From NCBI GenBank assembly GCA_008632985.1, contig QPGO01000058.1, positions 124,001 through 188,000 of the forward strand: a stretch of 64,000 bases of DNA. The letters are read 5' to 3'. A program made the translations under genes and the position numbers. The notes below the pieces were generated by a model that ran no database searches, was not told where the DNA came from, and saw only the letters and a list, made by a program, of their open reading frames with translations. Shown one piece after another: positions 39,411-50,915 of the stretch (positions are counted from its first letter, which is position 1; every line of letters begins with the position of its first letter). This DNA is from Psammoneis japonica. Taxonomy: Eukaryota.

Positions 39411-42400
39411 TCTTTGGATGTTTTCACAGAAACTCCCAACCCTTTGGCACCACACAACTGTCGGAAAGGTGCCAGATGCTTCCTTTGCCACCACAAAGGA
39501 AGTCTTGCACTTGATTTCCAGGAGAGGAGCAACTGGGCTGCTGTCAGAATCAGCAAGGTTCAACTCAATGCTTGGAGCATCTCCTGCCATTGTTGCCACA
39601 GAATTGAGGGCCAGAAAGCTCCACTTGATGAAAAGCTTGGGATGTCACTTGGTGACCAAGAATGAAGCCTGTTTCAGTGCATGTTGCACAAAGTGATGGG
39701 AAAGTTGTGGGGAATCCAGTCACTTGGAAAAGAAGATGGGCCAGAGCTGGGCTCAGCTGTTGCAGTGCTCAAGGGATGATGTGATGGAGAGCCAGTCAGC
39801 AGGGGGGCAACACAGGCCACCGTTGGCAGTGCTGGAGGGAACTGCTTTGAACTTTGTGGGTCAAGGGCTGCTTCTTGTCAATGCTGCTGAGGGTGCCAGG
39901 CTTCACAAAAAGCTGGGCAGGCCACTCCACATGACAATCCAGACAGGACTTGTGTTGAATTTTGTTGTGTCAGAGTTGTCCAGTTCAGATCAACCCACTC
40001 TTCCCTTGAGTTGAAAACTTCATTGCACACTGAACTCCTCCTTCTTCCATGTCAATCAAAATGTTCTGCAGGAGAAGTCATGTTGCCCAAAGTGTCAATG
40101 AAGAGGCCAATGAAAGTGACAGATGAGGGTGGCAGAATGTCCAGCCCACAAGCACCAAACCTGTGCAAGTGCAGTGCAGTCAATTCCTTTGGGGTTGTTG
40201 GCCATGTCCAATCAAAGCAGTGGGCCAGCAGAAATGAAAGGAGGTTGAGATCTGAGCAAGACAACTCTCCCCAAGGCCACATTGTTGCTGAAGCAAGATG
40301 GCAAACTCACAGCTGCTGTGGAACAACAGTGTTTGGTGCCAGCAAGCAAAAGGGGCATTGGGGACATTCATCACAGAATGTTGACCACACTGAGAGGAGC
40401 AGTTTCTGTTGTCCCACTTGTCAATGACTGCAGCACAGGGCACCACATTTTAAACTTCCTGGCAGACACCTGTGACAAAGGCACTTGTGCTCTCTCACGT
40501 GCATCAGCAATTGCAGTGCATGCACAACAGGCACATCTCTTTCACCACCAATTTCATTTGAAACAATGCTCATGGCCAGCCAGCAAGGGCTGCTGTGTGG
40601 CTTTCTCTCATGCACTCCATTGTCGCTGCTTGTGCCCACTCCTTTGTCCCAACTTTTTGGATGTTTTTTTGAGAAGGAATGCATCTTCTAGAAGGCCCCA
40701 CCCAAGGAGACCATTGATTGGGTCATTTGCCAGATGTGTTGAACAAACAGCTCCAGACAAGCCAATGTCCATTGCAAGCTCAACAGTGGCGTCATTGTCG
40801 ACACTTTCAGCTCTGCTCTTGAGGATCTCAACCCACTTTGCAGACTGAACAAGGCCATCAGCAATGGAGACACATCTCCATCTCTTTGTGAGCTTTCTTG
40901 GATTTGCCTCAGGAGTTTGCCACAGACTGGCTCAGCTTTGAATCATCAAAACCATGTCTGCGGTCTCCTGCAGAGGCTGTGATTGATCAATGTGCTTGCA
41001 TGTGGCCTGCCCAAATTCTTCAGGGGGAACGGAGTTCAGCTCTCATTGCAGGAGCCACCAGATTCAACATGCCTTTGCAGGAATGAGTCTTTGTTGTCTG
41101 TTCTCTTTTGTTGATGCCCCCACAAACTGGGAGCTGCTTTTCACCAAATTCAATGAGCACAAGGCATGTGGCCTGCAGGGAACATGTCACAGCCACCCCG
41201 TGCACTCCTTTTCTGCTGGCATCCATTGGTTCATCCAGCTTCTTTTCCAGCAGCTCTTTGAAGAAAATCATTCACCCCAATGCCAGAGCCCTCAGGAGAT
41301 GACCAATCATGTCATCAACAAGGTCCATGGAACATGTGGCTCCAGAAGAGCCAATGTTCATGGCAAGTGCAGCACCACAGTCATCATCAATGTTTCCAAC
41401 ACTGTTCTCAAGAACCTCGCTCCACTTCATTGATTGAACAAGCAGGCTGAGACACACAATGATGTCTCCAGTTATGCTGGGGCTGTTCCTTGCTCACTTG
41501 GACTCACTCTGAGATTTTCTTGTGCACCTGTGCAGCTTCAAGTCACCAAACACTTTTCCATGGTGTTGCTTCAGCCAATGCAGTGATTCAGTCAACACAA
41601 TTGCATGTTGCCTGGCCAAAGTCTTTGACAGGGAAGAAGCCACATGTGTTGTTTTTGTCATGGCAGGAAACCCTGGAAATGCCACATGGAAGTTTCTTTG
41701 GTTTGGTTGTGCCATGATTGCTTTTGACATCTTGACAAATTGGGTGAGTTCTCTTGCCAATCTTGTCAAAACCAAGCTTGACAGCATCTCTGGAATGCCA
41801 AATGGCTGCCTCATGCATGCCACCAACACTTTCTCCCAAGGCTTTGTTTGGCCTGCTGCTTGTTGGCATTTGTCAAGAGGAAAACCACCATCCACAAGGC
41901 CAGAGCCCAGACTTGTTCCAGACTTGGGTGCGCTCACGCGCGAAAAAATGACCCTTTTTGCATGAACGCGCGGTCCACACTTGCGGCACCATTTTCGACA
42001 GTAAAAACATGACAATTTTCAAATGTGCTGTATGGGCACACACAGAAAGGTCTTGTGCGTGTGCCCATGTGTGCGAAACTGTGGATGGACTCAGTCATCA
42101 GTCGCTAAATTGCACCGTAAGTTGAGAGCTCGGTTTTCGATGAGCGATTTGTGCATGCCTTGATGCATTTGGAGATTTGTTGTTCTTACACACAAATGAA
42201 GTCGTTAACACAGCATAATTGATCTTTTGCTAGAATGCGCGAATGTGATTTACACTCAACGGATCGAATGAAGCATTCGTTGATTGACAAGTTTGGGACG
42301 ATGTGAGAAGAAGTGCAGCTCAGCCCACGCAATGGCGTCGACTTGGACCATTTTTCACTGTTTGAAAGGCACAAACGATTGATGCACTTGAACAAGTCAA

Positions 42401-43913
42401 ATGTGTTGAAGAAATGTACAGCAATGGAAAAGAAATGGTCCTCAGAGGCAAATTGTCAGTGAATTGAGGCTCAATTGTTGTTGCTGACAGATTTGGCATT
42501 GTTGTGCCACGCTGCAGCCTTCAACAAGCATTTTCACTGTTGTTGTTGATGACACAGACTACATCAAATGCGGAGGTCCTGGTCATGACATTCAATTTTC
42601 CATGAGGCTGAAAAAAGTGGGCCATCATGGTCACTGAAAGCCATGGCCGGTTTGGCTGTTTGTTTGTTCGAGTTTATTCTGTTTGTTTTGCTTGTGAGCC
42701 ATTGATGTGATCAATTTTAATGAGGTGTGCTCGGTGTTGGACAAAGCATAAAAAATTTATTTTTTCTGTGAAAAGGGGCATGTGCATGCCACCTGAGTCT
42801 GGAACAAGTCCCCAGGAGCCCACATTGATTGAAGGAGGGGAGACTGGCACAAAAAACAACTTTGCTGCAACAACCAAGGACACACAAAAACAATGTGGGT
42901 GTGAGTCAGGACAGATGGCTGCATGTGAGACAGACAAAAAACCCACTGTGTGTGTGGGTGGCTTGCTGAATTTTGTCGCCACCCTCTGCCATCAGTGCCC
43001 TGGTGCACAACAACGGCCAAAAACAAGCAACCAGTGTCTCCATGATTGCCAAAGCTGTTTTTCTTGCCACCTCTTCTTTGCTGTCCTTCTCGTCCCCTTT
43101 TTGTGGAGCCAGACTTGAAGGAGACAAAAGTGCGCCATGATTTGAGGGGTGCTCTCTCCCATCCAGAAAGTGGGGTTGCAAGCTGAACATCACCTGCTCT
43201 GGTTTTGGCTCCAAGGAAATGCAGCCTTGGCAGCACCATTTGAGAATGGCAAAAGACAGGGGCTGTTGGTGAGACAGCTGCAGCAAATCCCGTCATGTTT
43301 TGAGCACTCTCTTTTGTGTCTCTGTGTGTGGGGGGGGTGCCTCAATTGCACTGGCGCGGAAAGTTTTGCGTGCACGTGAGCCAGCTCACAAAACAACAAC
43401 GTTGCTTCAGCACTGCACAGTGCAGCACAACAAATGGTTTGGCAATGACCACAGGGCACCTTCCACAGACAACTCCCATCCCAACCAGTGAAGAACATCG
43501 AGAACATCGCGTTGTGTTCCTGTGCGTGCATCGACTCACTCTGTGGGAAAAAGAGACGAGATCTTCATTTTACTGTTCAGGATCAAAAAAATAGCCATGC
43601 CCTTCTTTTCTTTCTGTCATTGATGCGAACATCTATCCACGATTGATTATCTTAAAAATGAACGTTTCTATATTGGAATAATTGGAATAAATAATACATA
43701 CAGAAAAGTAGGATGAAATAAAATTTTTGAGTACGATTCGAAATTTTGAAATATTTCGAGTTGCAAAAAGTGGCAAAAGGTAAACACAACAAATTGATTG
43801 CCGAAAAGGCATCAAGAACTAACAGCAAACACCCCCCGTTGCCTGTTACAGTACTGCACGATACTCTACTGCGAGCTACTACAGTAGAGAGGCTTTCAGC
43901 ACCTATAACAACG

Positions 43914-45383
43914 ATGGCGGCAGTACGAAGTCATTTTTTCTGTTTCCTCTTTTCAGCCTTTTCGTTATGTATCACCTGTGTACAAGCCCAATGCAAGGCC
44001 GATAGTGAAGGCGATGGCAACTTTATCTATAGCTGCATGTTTCCCTTTGTCTATAAGGATGTTGAGTACAGCAGTTGCACCATGACAGAATGGTACACCC
44101 CGTGGTGTCTACTCGACTTAAACACCACTGATGCTTCAGATCACTGGGGTGAATGCGAACTCTCTTTAGCCTGCCTTGGCCAAGACGAACCAACAGACCC
44201 ACCCCAAGTGGAGCCAACATACCGCCCAGGACTCTTGAGTGGTTCCGAGGTTGGTTTGATTTTGTCACAAGGACTCACGGCACGAATTATTGCCAAGAGT
44301 GGGGATCCTGTCCAGTATCACGACGGTGGCCAGTCCTCGCTTGATTTTCATGGACGTCCAGACTTTGGAGCCACTTTTGAAGACAAATCGCAAGAAAATG
44401 AAGATGGGTGGATTTATGTCATCAATTCTGAAATGAAGGAAAGGGAAGAGGGTGGAGTCGGAGCCATTACATTCGACAAAGAAGGCAATGTTGTGAATTA
44501 TCAAAACTTGCTCTCTGGCACAACTGCGAATTGTGGTGGAGGGCGAACGCCGTGGGAAACTTGGGCTTCATTAGAAGAGACCAGTACTGGCGAGGCAGGT
44601 TACCGTGGACAAATCTATCAAGTGGATCCATCCGGTGGGAGGAATCCTGAGAAGATGACCATGGGGTTGGACGGAGAACGGTTTGAATCGTTCACCTATG
44701 ATGATCGTGATCAAGACCAACCTCGCTTCTTTGCAACAGTCGATCATACCAGTGGTCCTTTAAGGCGATGGACACCCAAAGCTCCGAATTGGACCGATCC
44801 ATGGTCTATTCTTCATGGTGAAGGTGAGTTGGATTTCCTGTATTTGTACCCTGAAGATGCGAGCGATACCTCTGGAGGGACATTTGAGTGGGTTCCAGAG
44901 CGGTCAGAAGGAAAGCAGAATGCACGCCTACATTTCCCAGAGACAGAAGCGATCGATCGCGTGGAAAACATGCTGTATTTTGTATCAAAGAGACGAAAAG
45001 TTCTCTACATGCTTGACCTTGACGCAATGACATTCACGAGACAGTCGACGGTGCACGGCATGTTTGAGGGCTCAGCTGATCAGATTCAGCGGATTCTGGC
45101 TGATGACGATGGCGATCAAATTCTGTACATGACCGAAGAACGCATCGGTGGCACCAATGGAGGGATTCACGGTCGAAACAGCCAAGGGCACTTTTTCACG
45201 ATCCTTGAAGGCAAAAGAGAGCTGTACAGGTCGGAAACGACCGCCTTGGCTTTTAGTCCTAATGGCTACCACTTGTACTTTGCATTTCAAGAAACTGGTC
45301 ACGTGTTTGATGTGACTAGGGAAGACGGGCTTCCTTTCCACGGTCGGACGCTGGATGTGAACTACCACAACGTCGATTTGTAA
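43914..45383 (+). CDS. phoX: Secreted PhoX-family (DUF839) alkaline phosphatase with N-terminal fibronectin type II domain
   Basis: Signal peptide; FN2 signature CMFPFVYKDVEYSSCT...PWC...WGEC; PhoX motifs GWIYVINSE, GGVGAITFD, NCGGGRTPW...EE, and SETTALAFSP. Confidence 0.85.
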   Translation: MAAVRSHFFCFLFSAFSLCITCVQAQCKADSEGDGNFIYSCMFPFVYKDVEYSSCTMTEWYTPWCLLDLNTTDASDHWGECELSLACLGQDEPTDPPQVEPTYRPGLLSGSEVGLILSQGLTARIIAKSGDPVQYHDGGQSSLDFHGRPDFGATFEDKSQENEDGWIYVINSEMKEREEGGVGAITFDKEGNVVNYQNLLSGTTANCGGGRTPWETWASLEETSTGEAGYRGQIYQVDPSGGRNPEKMTMGLDGERFESFTYDDRDQDQPRFFATVDHTSGPLRRWTPKAPNWTDPWSILHGEGELDFLYLYPEDASDTSGGTFEWVPERSEGKQNARLHFPETEAIDRVENMLYFVSKRRKVLYMLDLDAMTFTRQSTVHGMFEGSADQIQRILADDDGDQILYMTEERIGGTNGGIHGRNSQGHFFTILEGKRELYRSETTALAFSPNGYHLYFAFQETGHVFDVTREDGLPFHGRTLDVNYHNVDL

Positions 45384-45661
45384 GATCCAGTCTACTAAGT
45401 AGTTATCTTAGTTGTTCCTGTGCACGTTTTGTACTGAATAAAGAGTCGCACAGTATGAGAGCCCCCTTTTTCGATTTCTAGAGCTGAAATGCTGCAGTGA
45501 TTGCTCGCAACCCTGAAAACCTTATCAGTTCCATTCTCCTTCCTCCTGTGCTATTTCAGCGCCAAACGGAATTATGCTGGTCAAGTGAGAAACAACGAAA
45601 AAGCATAATTGTCTGCTGGGTCCAGTCTCGGCTATCGTACAATGTTCCCGTACCGTCGTAA

Positions 45662-46423
45662 TTAAGAGGTACTGTCGCAAAACCCTAAGGGGTGTAGAGT
45701 GTCTTGACACGAGAGATATGCCAGACATTGTCCATCCATCCAAATGATCCAGGGAAGAATACCAGGAAGATACACAACACTGTCAAAAACCCTCGTCATA
45801 AAGGTCGATTCCCACAGAGGCAACCCGCGGTACTCAAACGCAGGGAGAAGGAAATCAATCATACCCACAGAGGCGGCAAACACCGAGAGACGCTTCATGT
45901 TGCGCTTGTTGGTGCTTCCTCGTCCACCGACCAATCGAACCACCAAACGCAAATCACTCCAAAAAGAGCAACGGATGCGGCGGGAAAGTAATAAGAAAAC
46001 ACGATGATTGGTAAAACTGAGGTGTTTCCGGCCAGTTGAAGAGTCAAGCACACCATAGAGGCTGCCAGGAGTGCAATTAATCCCAGAACAAGACCGCGCC
46101 AAATCACAGTAAGACTCCGTTCTCCTTCTTTCACAAATAAAACTACTATAACTGCCACTCCAATCGATACATAACAGACACCAGCAAAGAGTAGGACTTG
46201 CCAAAAGGCCCACTCCAGCCATGATGACGATGAATCTCCTAGCCTGACGAAATTTCTCGCTAACCAAAGAGAACTAGAAACGACTTGAAAAGAGAGGTAT
46301 CCCGAGAATGACTTGGCAATAAACCACAATGACAACGTAGACGACGGCATGTTATTTGAAGAATTGTAATGCCACGAGGCAAGCCGAACCCCACACGATG
46401 TATCCGACGCTGGAGAGATCCAT
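45662..46423 (-). CDS. Hypothetical multi-pass membrane protein, frameshifted
   Basis: Hydrophobic ORF 45895..46350 continues into the 3' part of ORF 45662..46267 through a frame jump near 45900. The upstream ATG at 46423 needs another jump. Composition is normal. Confidence 0.45.
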
Positions 46424-47639
46424 GGTGCTATACTACGCAGCGTATTGCCAATTCAGGAGTTCGGTTTTGACGGACGTAGGCAGTTTGTTGCCATGCTATC
46501 TGCATTGACGTATCTGAACGTTTTGGTTTCAGTTTGACTCATGGTTAACATTCTCTGACAGGGTCGATGGGGCCGCATCGATCAGTCGATCATCATCTGG
46601 AGCCATTAGGCGGCCCTGTATCTCCCAATCGAAAAACTTGAGAATCTCCTGATGGAGGGACGGACCCTTCAGTCCAACTTGAAGTAGTCTAAGTAAGTGT
46701 GCGAGTCAGACTCCTCATTTTGCTCCTCTGGAGTTCTTGGTGCACAAGACATTTCACATTTTTGCACATTCACTGCTCTAGAGAGAAGACCACGGTCTTC
46801 TCAACCACAACAATCAACAACATCTGCAAGCACCTTGGTGGGAAGTCCTCTTTCCTCAGAGGGCCAAAAGCTTGGGGGATTGTGACTGGCATCGAGAGAA
46901 GAGAGCTTGGCCCTTGGCACATGAGCCAAGATCAAGATGGCAGGTTCAATGGAGCAAAGTGTGTCAGGACAAAGGAAAAGATGAAGGTCTTGTTCTTTGC
47001 ATGGCAGAAGAGAAAGGGGGTGAAAAGAACAAGGAAGGGAGGTTTTTGTGATGATGTCGCCATTGAAAATGCAAGGCACCGCGGCTGCCACCTGCTCCTG
47101 ACAAAGCCATCAAGAAGAGACACAAAGATGACCACCAATGCACACATCTGCTGCAACACTGCCATTCTGTGAGCAGTTTGCCAAAGAGGCACAATGCCAC
47201 AATGATGAAAGCTCAGCCGTGCAGGGCCGTTGCAGCAAGAGAACCTTTTTGAAGATTGTCCTCCTTCTGTGTTGTCTTCAAACTTTGCCACTGTGGTTGA
47301 ACACAACACCAGCAGCGGCACTTGTTGACAACAATGTGCGCAAGTGTCAACTCATTTAAAAATGTGGAAAAAAGGAGACATTGTGGCTTTGTTGTTCTGC
47401 TGTGTCTTCATTCACCAAGGGCAAAGAGAGGAACAACAGGCAGCAAAAAACAACAATGCTGCTGGCAAGCAAGAAGTTGCTTGCAGCAAAGCAGATGTGC
47501 AGTCTCTGTCATTGGATGACACTCACAGAGTCTCAAATGTTGGCTGCCATGGGCATCCACAGGTGCTCAACAGCCAGTTGGAACAGAGACAGCTGGCCAG
47601 CTAACTTGTGTGGCTGAGAAGCCGATTTGCTTTCTCTTT

Positions 47640-47920
47640 TTCAAATTTCAAAACAACCACAAGACTTCAATTCCATTGTTCATTGAACTCATTCAAAACT
47701 GCCATTCATTTGAAGAAATGGGGCACATGTTTTGCTCTCTGTTGGCTCTTGCTGTTTGCAACCTGGCGGGTTGTCAGGTGACCATCATGGGTGGCACAGA
47801 TCACACAGGTGATGAAGGACACATGGACACCTCCAGATGTGATGTGGGGTTGCAAGCATCAGGAGGACTTCTCATGCATGCATGTCTTGGTGCTGCCAGA
47901 TGTACTTGCAGGGGTGTCCA
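47640..47920 (+). pseudogene. Possible PIF/Harbinger transposase N-terminal remnant
   Basis: KFQNNHKTSIPLFIELIQNC...CDVG...LLMHACLGAARCTCRG weakly resembles FRxRFRxxYxLFxEL...LLILxxLRYxxRG. Confidence 0.3.
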
Positions 47921-48844
47921 TCCATGTTGGCATGACTCTCCTTCTTCTCTCCTTTTGTGGAAAGCAGTTTTCGAAAATGACAAAGCAGCACCACTGGCTG
48001 ATGTTGATCCTGAGTTGACTGAAGTGTTGCACCATGAGAATGACCTTCACCAGATCCAGCAAGGCTTGACCCCAGCAACACAACAGCAACCTGGAGCAGT
48101 TTTGTGATGCCGGTGAAAACAATGACAGCAGCAATGTTGCCCCCCCATGTCTCGGACAATGTCAGCAGTGCCCAGGTGATGGTGTTTTGGAGCGAGTCAT
48201 GAGCTTGAACAGAGCAGGTTGCCTGGCGGCTGCTTGCATTTAGAATGTTCAATGTGCAAACATTTTCGCACCATGCAGTGGATCGTAATCATCATCCTTG
48301 CCACCACTGTCATTTTCTGATTCCTTTGCTTCTTTTGGCCACCGTTGCTCTTTTTCTTCAGGATCCGGTTTCCCCCGAAGCATCATAATTTTTTGATTGC
48401 TCTGTCTCACACCACGGGATTTGTGGCCCCCTCCATGATGGTCTGTTAGAATGCATTGTTCCAAACATGTCTCATGCAAAAAAAAAACAGGGTGGCCACA
48501 TCTTTTCAAATTTTTGCATCTTCAGTCTCTATGATCTGCACCACCACACTGCCTGCTTTCCCACATCAGTGCCACTTTTAGGATGGAGGCGATTCTTCAT
48601 TGCAAATCTCTTCATCCGCAACAGCACCAAATTCTGCCACATTCTTTTGCTTCTTCGTTGACATCAAATGTGCATTCTGAGAGTCTTGCTGGTGACTTTT
48701 GTCAGTGTCTCATCTCATCGCATGCAGACAATTGCACATTCAACACTGAAAACAGGCTTGGCACAGACGATGCGCCATGGTTTGAGGAGTGCATGAGCAG
48801 TCTCTACAGCATGAAAGGGAAAGTCTTGTTTTTAGTTCCATGCT

Positions 48845-49930
48845 TCACAAAGTTTGAATGATGAAACCATGTGAAAGTGTGTGCCAGGCAGCAATGCTCC
48901 AACTTTGTCCTTGAAATCCGGTGGAAAAGCCTCCTGGTTGTTGATTTGTTTGAGCCCAATCCTCGTTGCACTGACGAATGCGAGCTGGACTTGGCGGGAT
49001 TTGCGGGAGCAACTCAGCATGGTCTGCACAGTCTTGGGGTGTCCAAACAGATTCAATCCACGCAATGAGTCCATGCTTGCCGAGCAAACTGGATGCCTTC
49101 TCAGGGAACCTCTTTTTAATCATTCTTGACAGCAGTTCTCTGCTCCAGGCCAACCCTTTCCAAACAGGCTCTGTGGCAGATCCACCGCTTGTTGCTGATG
49201 GGTGAGCCAATGTCTTTGCACCATTGTTCACTGTGGACATGTGTGTTGCCCATTTTGTGTTTTTGCTGAGAACAATGGTGCAGAAACCCTTGTTCTTGGA
49301 AGCCATGAAGAGTTTCCTAACAAAGAGTTCATTCATTTTGTTCTGCAAGTCAAAGGAATCCAGAATGAGCAGGTGCGAAGGCTGGCAATTGGGAATCGAG
49401 GGATCCGGACAGAGTGCAGTGATTGAGGAAAATGTCCATTCCTTGCAACCTTTGGTTCCCAAACATTGTGACATGAATCTGAAATGGTTGGGTCCTGGTG
49501 TGCCTGTGATCACATGCCCTTGCGTTGCAGGAATTTCTTCCCCATTTTGTCCCTGAAACATCGGCAGAGCATTTTCGAGAAAGTCCCGAGCGCTGTGTGT
49601 CTTCCCTTGATTGGACAGAGCATGCAAAATGCAAGTTCTTCCCATGGTCAAAGGGAGGGAATCTGGTTGAATTGGCATGTACAATCGCTTGAGGGCTTCT
49701 GAGATAGGAGAGCAGACCACCTGATTCTTTTCAACAAGTCTGGATCTGTGTCGAGTGAGACTGTTCGTTTCGAGGCACACCCTTCGAACTTTGTTAAGAG
49801 TGTTGACACAGTTTCATCAAGAGCTGCTTTGAATGCCTCCTTTGTTGATGAACCAGCCTCTTGCGCTGCGAGAGACAGCTCGAATGACAACGCGATCTCT
49901 TCCAAATCTGAGGGCATGGTGATTGCAATG
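48845..49930 (-). pseudogene. Decayed P-loop NTPase gene
   Basis: CILHALSNQGKTHSA is Walker A-like and HLLILDSF is Walker B-like. Only 1 Tyr in 311 aa. Frameshifted N-terminal part lies in ORF 49648..50010. Confidence 0.5.
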
Positions 49931-50915
49931 GGGTGTGGTGCATGGAATGTAGGATGGCAAGGAAGTGCTGAGCGGGTCACTTGTGGCATGCGGTTGAAAG
50001 GGTTCAGCAATCCAAATCACTGGAATGAGATGAAGAGATCTCAGATCGGTGATGGGTGATGGCGTTGTTGCAGAAAAATCTGTGAACTTTCCTGGGTTGC
50101 GCGCGCTGCCGCCCATGGACCAGATTGAAGATTGCGGTCATGTTTGCCAAGCCACTGCTGAAGGATAAGTTTGTCAAATTGCACAACAAGTGATGTCCTC
50201 ATGGCCTCTTCCTTGCTCAGTTGCATGCAAGTGACAGTGAAAGGAAAATCGAGAACCTCCTGATGGCGGGACAGACCCTCCAGTCTGCTGCAACTTGAAG
50301 CTGAGTGCCAAGCGATTCAGATCGCGTCGAACTGAAGATTGCGAGGCTCCTGCTGATCACCTCACACTTCCCTGCCTTCAGGTCTTCATTCTCTTTTACC
50401 ACAATCTGTAAACTAGAGGTTGCACTTTTTATTGCTCCTCTGTTCTTTCACATCCTTTTCTGCTGGCGGGTTCTCATCAATCTCAAATTTGCGAATCCAA
50501 AAATGGCGCGCGCCATTTCGAATCGATTTATTTACTATATATGTGCATGAATAAAAATAAATGATGAGATCCAACACTTATTCGTAGAATTCTACACACG
50601 CTGCTGGTACTCGACAGAAAGAAGCCTTGATCTCAGCCCTTCTGCTTGTTCTCGTATCTCTCGTCCCGCTGGTCGAACCACAATGAAAAAAAGCAACAAA
50701 AGACAAGAAAGAAGAACCTTTTCGTACAGTGTAAGTGTTGAAGCAATGGTTACAAAAGCACTCCAATTTTGTATAGAGAGTTTTTTTGTTCCTGTTATCC
50801 GTTATCCTTGTGCCGAGCAAACTCTGGTTCTTCTGCTACCTTCTTTTTCTCTTTGATCGTGTCAAATGCTCACTCTCTTGATTTCTTCTTTTGATTGTAG
50901 CGATTTGTTACCATA

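Larger units (their letters stand above)
34070..43560. mobile_element. TpA- and CpG-depleted composite repeat/pseudogene block E
   Basis: TA is very rare and CG is also nearly absent at 36.1-41.9 kb. Contains internal repeats and decayed ORFs. Confidence 0.7.
46700..50500. mobile_element. TpA-depleted decayed block F
   Basis: TA is very rare and ORFs are Cys/His-rich. The block ends at an 18-bp palindrome at 50501-50518. Confidence 0.65.

Noticed and set aside
11531..50500. Hundreds of overlapping 60-250 aa Cys/His-rich ORFs in the TA-depleted blocks as novel small or metal-binding proteins
   Set aside because: They are explained by loss of TAA/TAG stops and Tyr->Cys/His conversion, and they appear in all six frames.
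50501..50545. Helitron 3' terminus
   Set aside because: The palindrome is present but there is no CTRR end at the expected distance.
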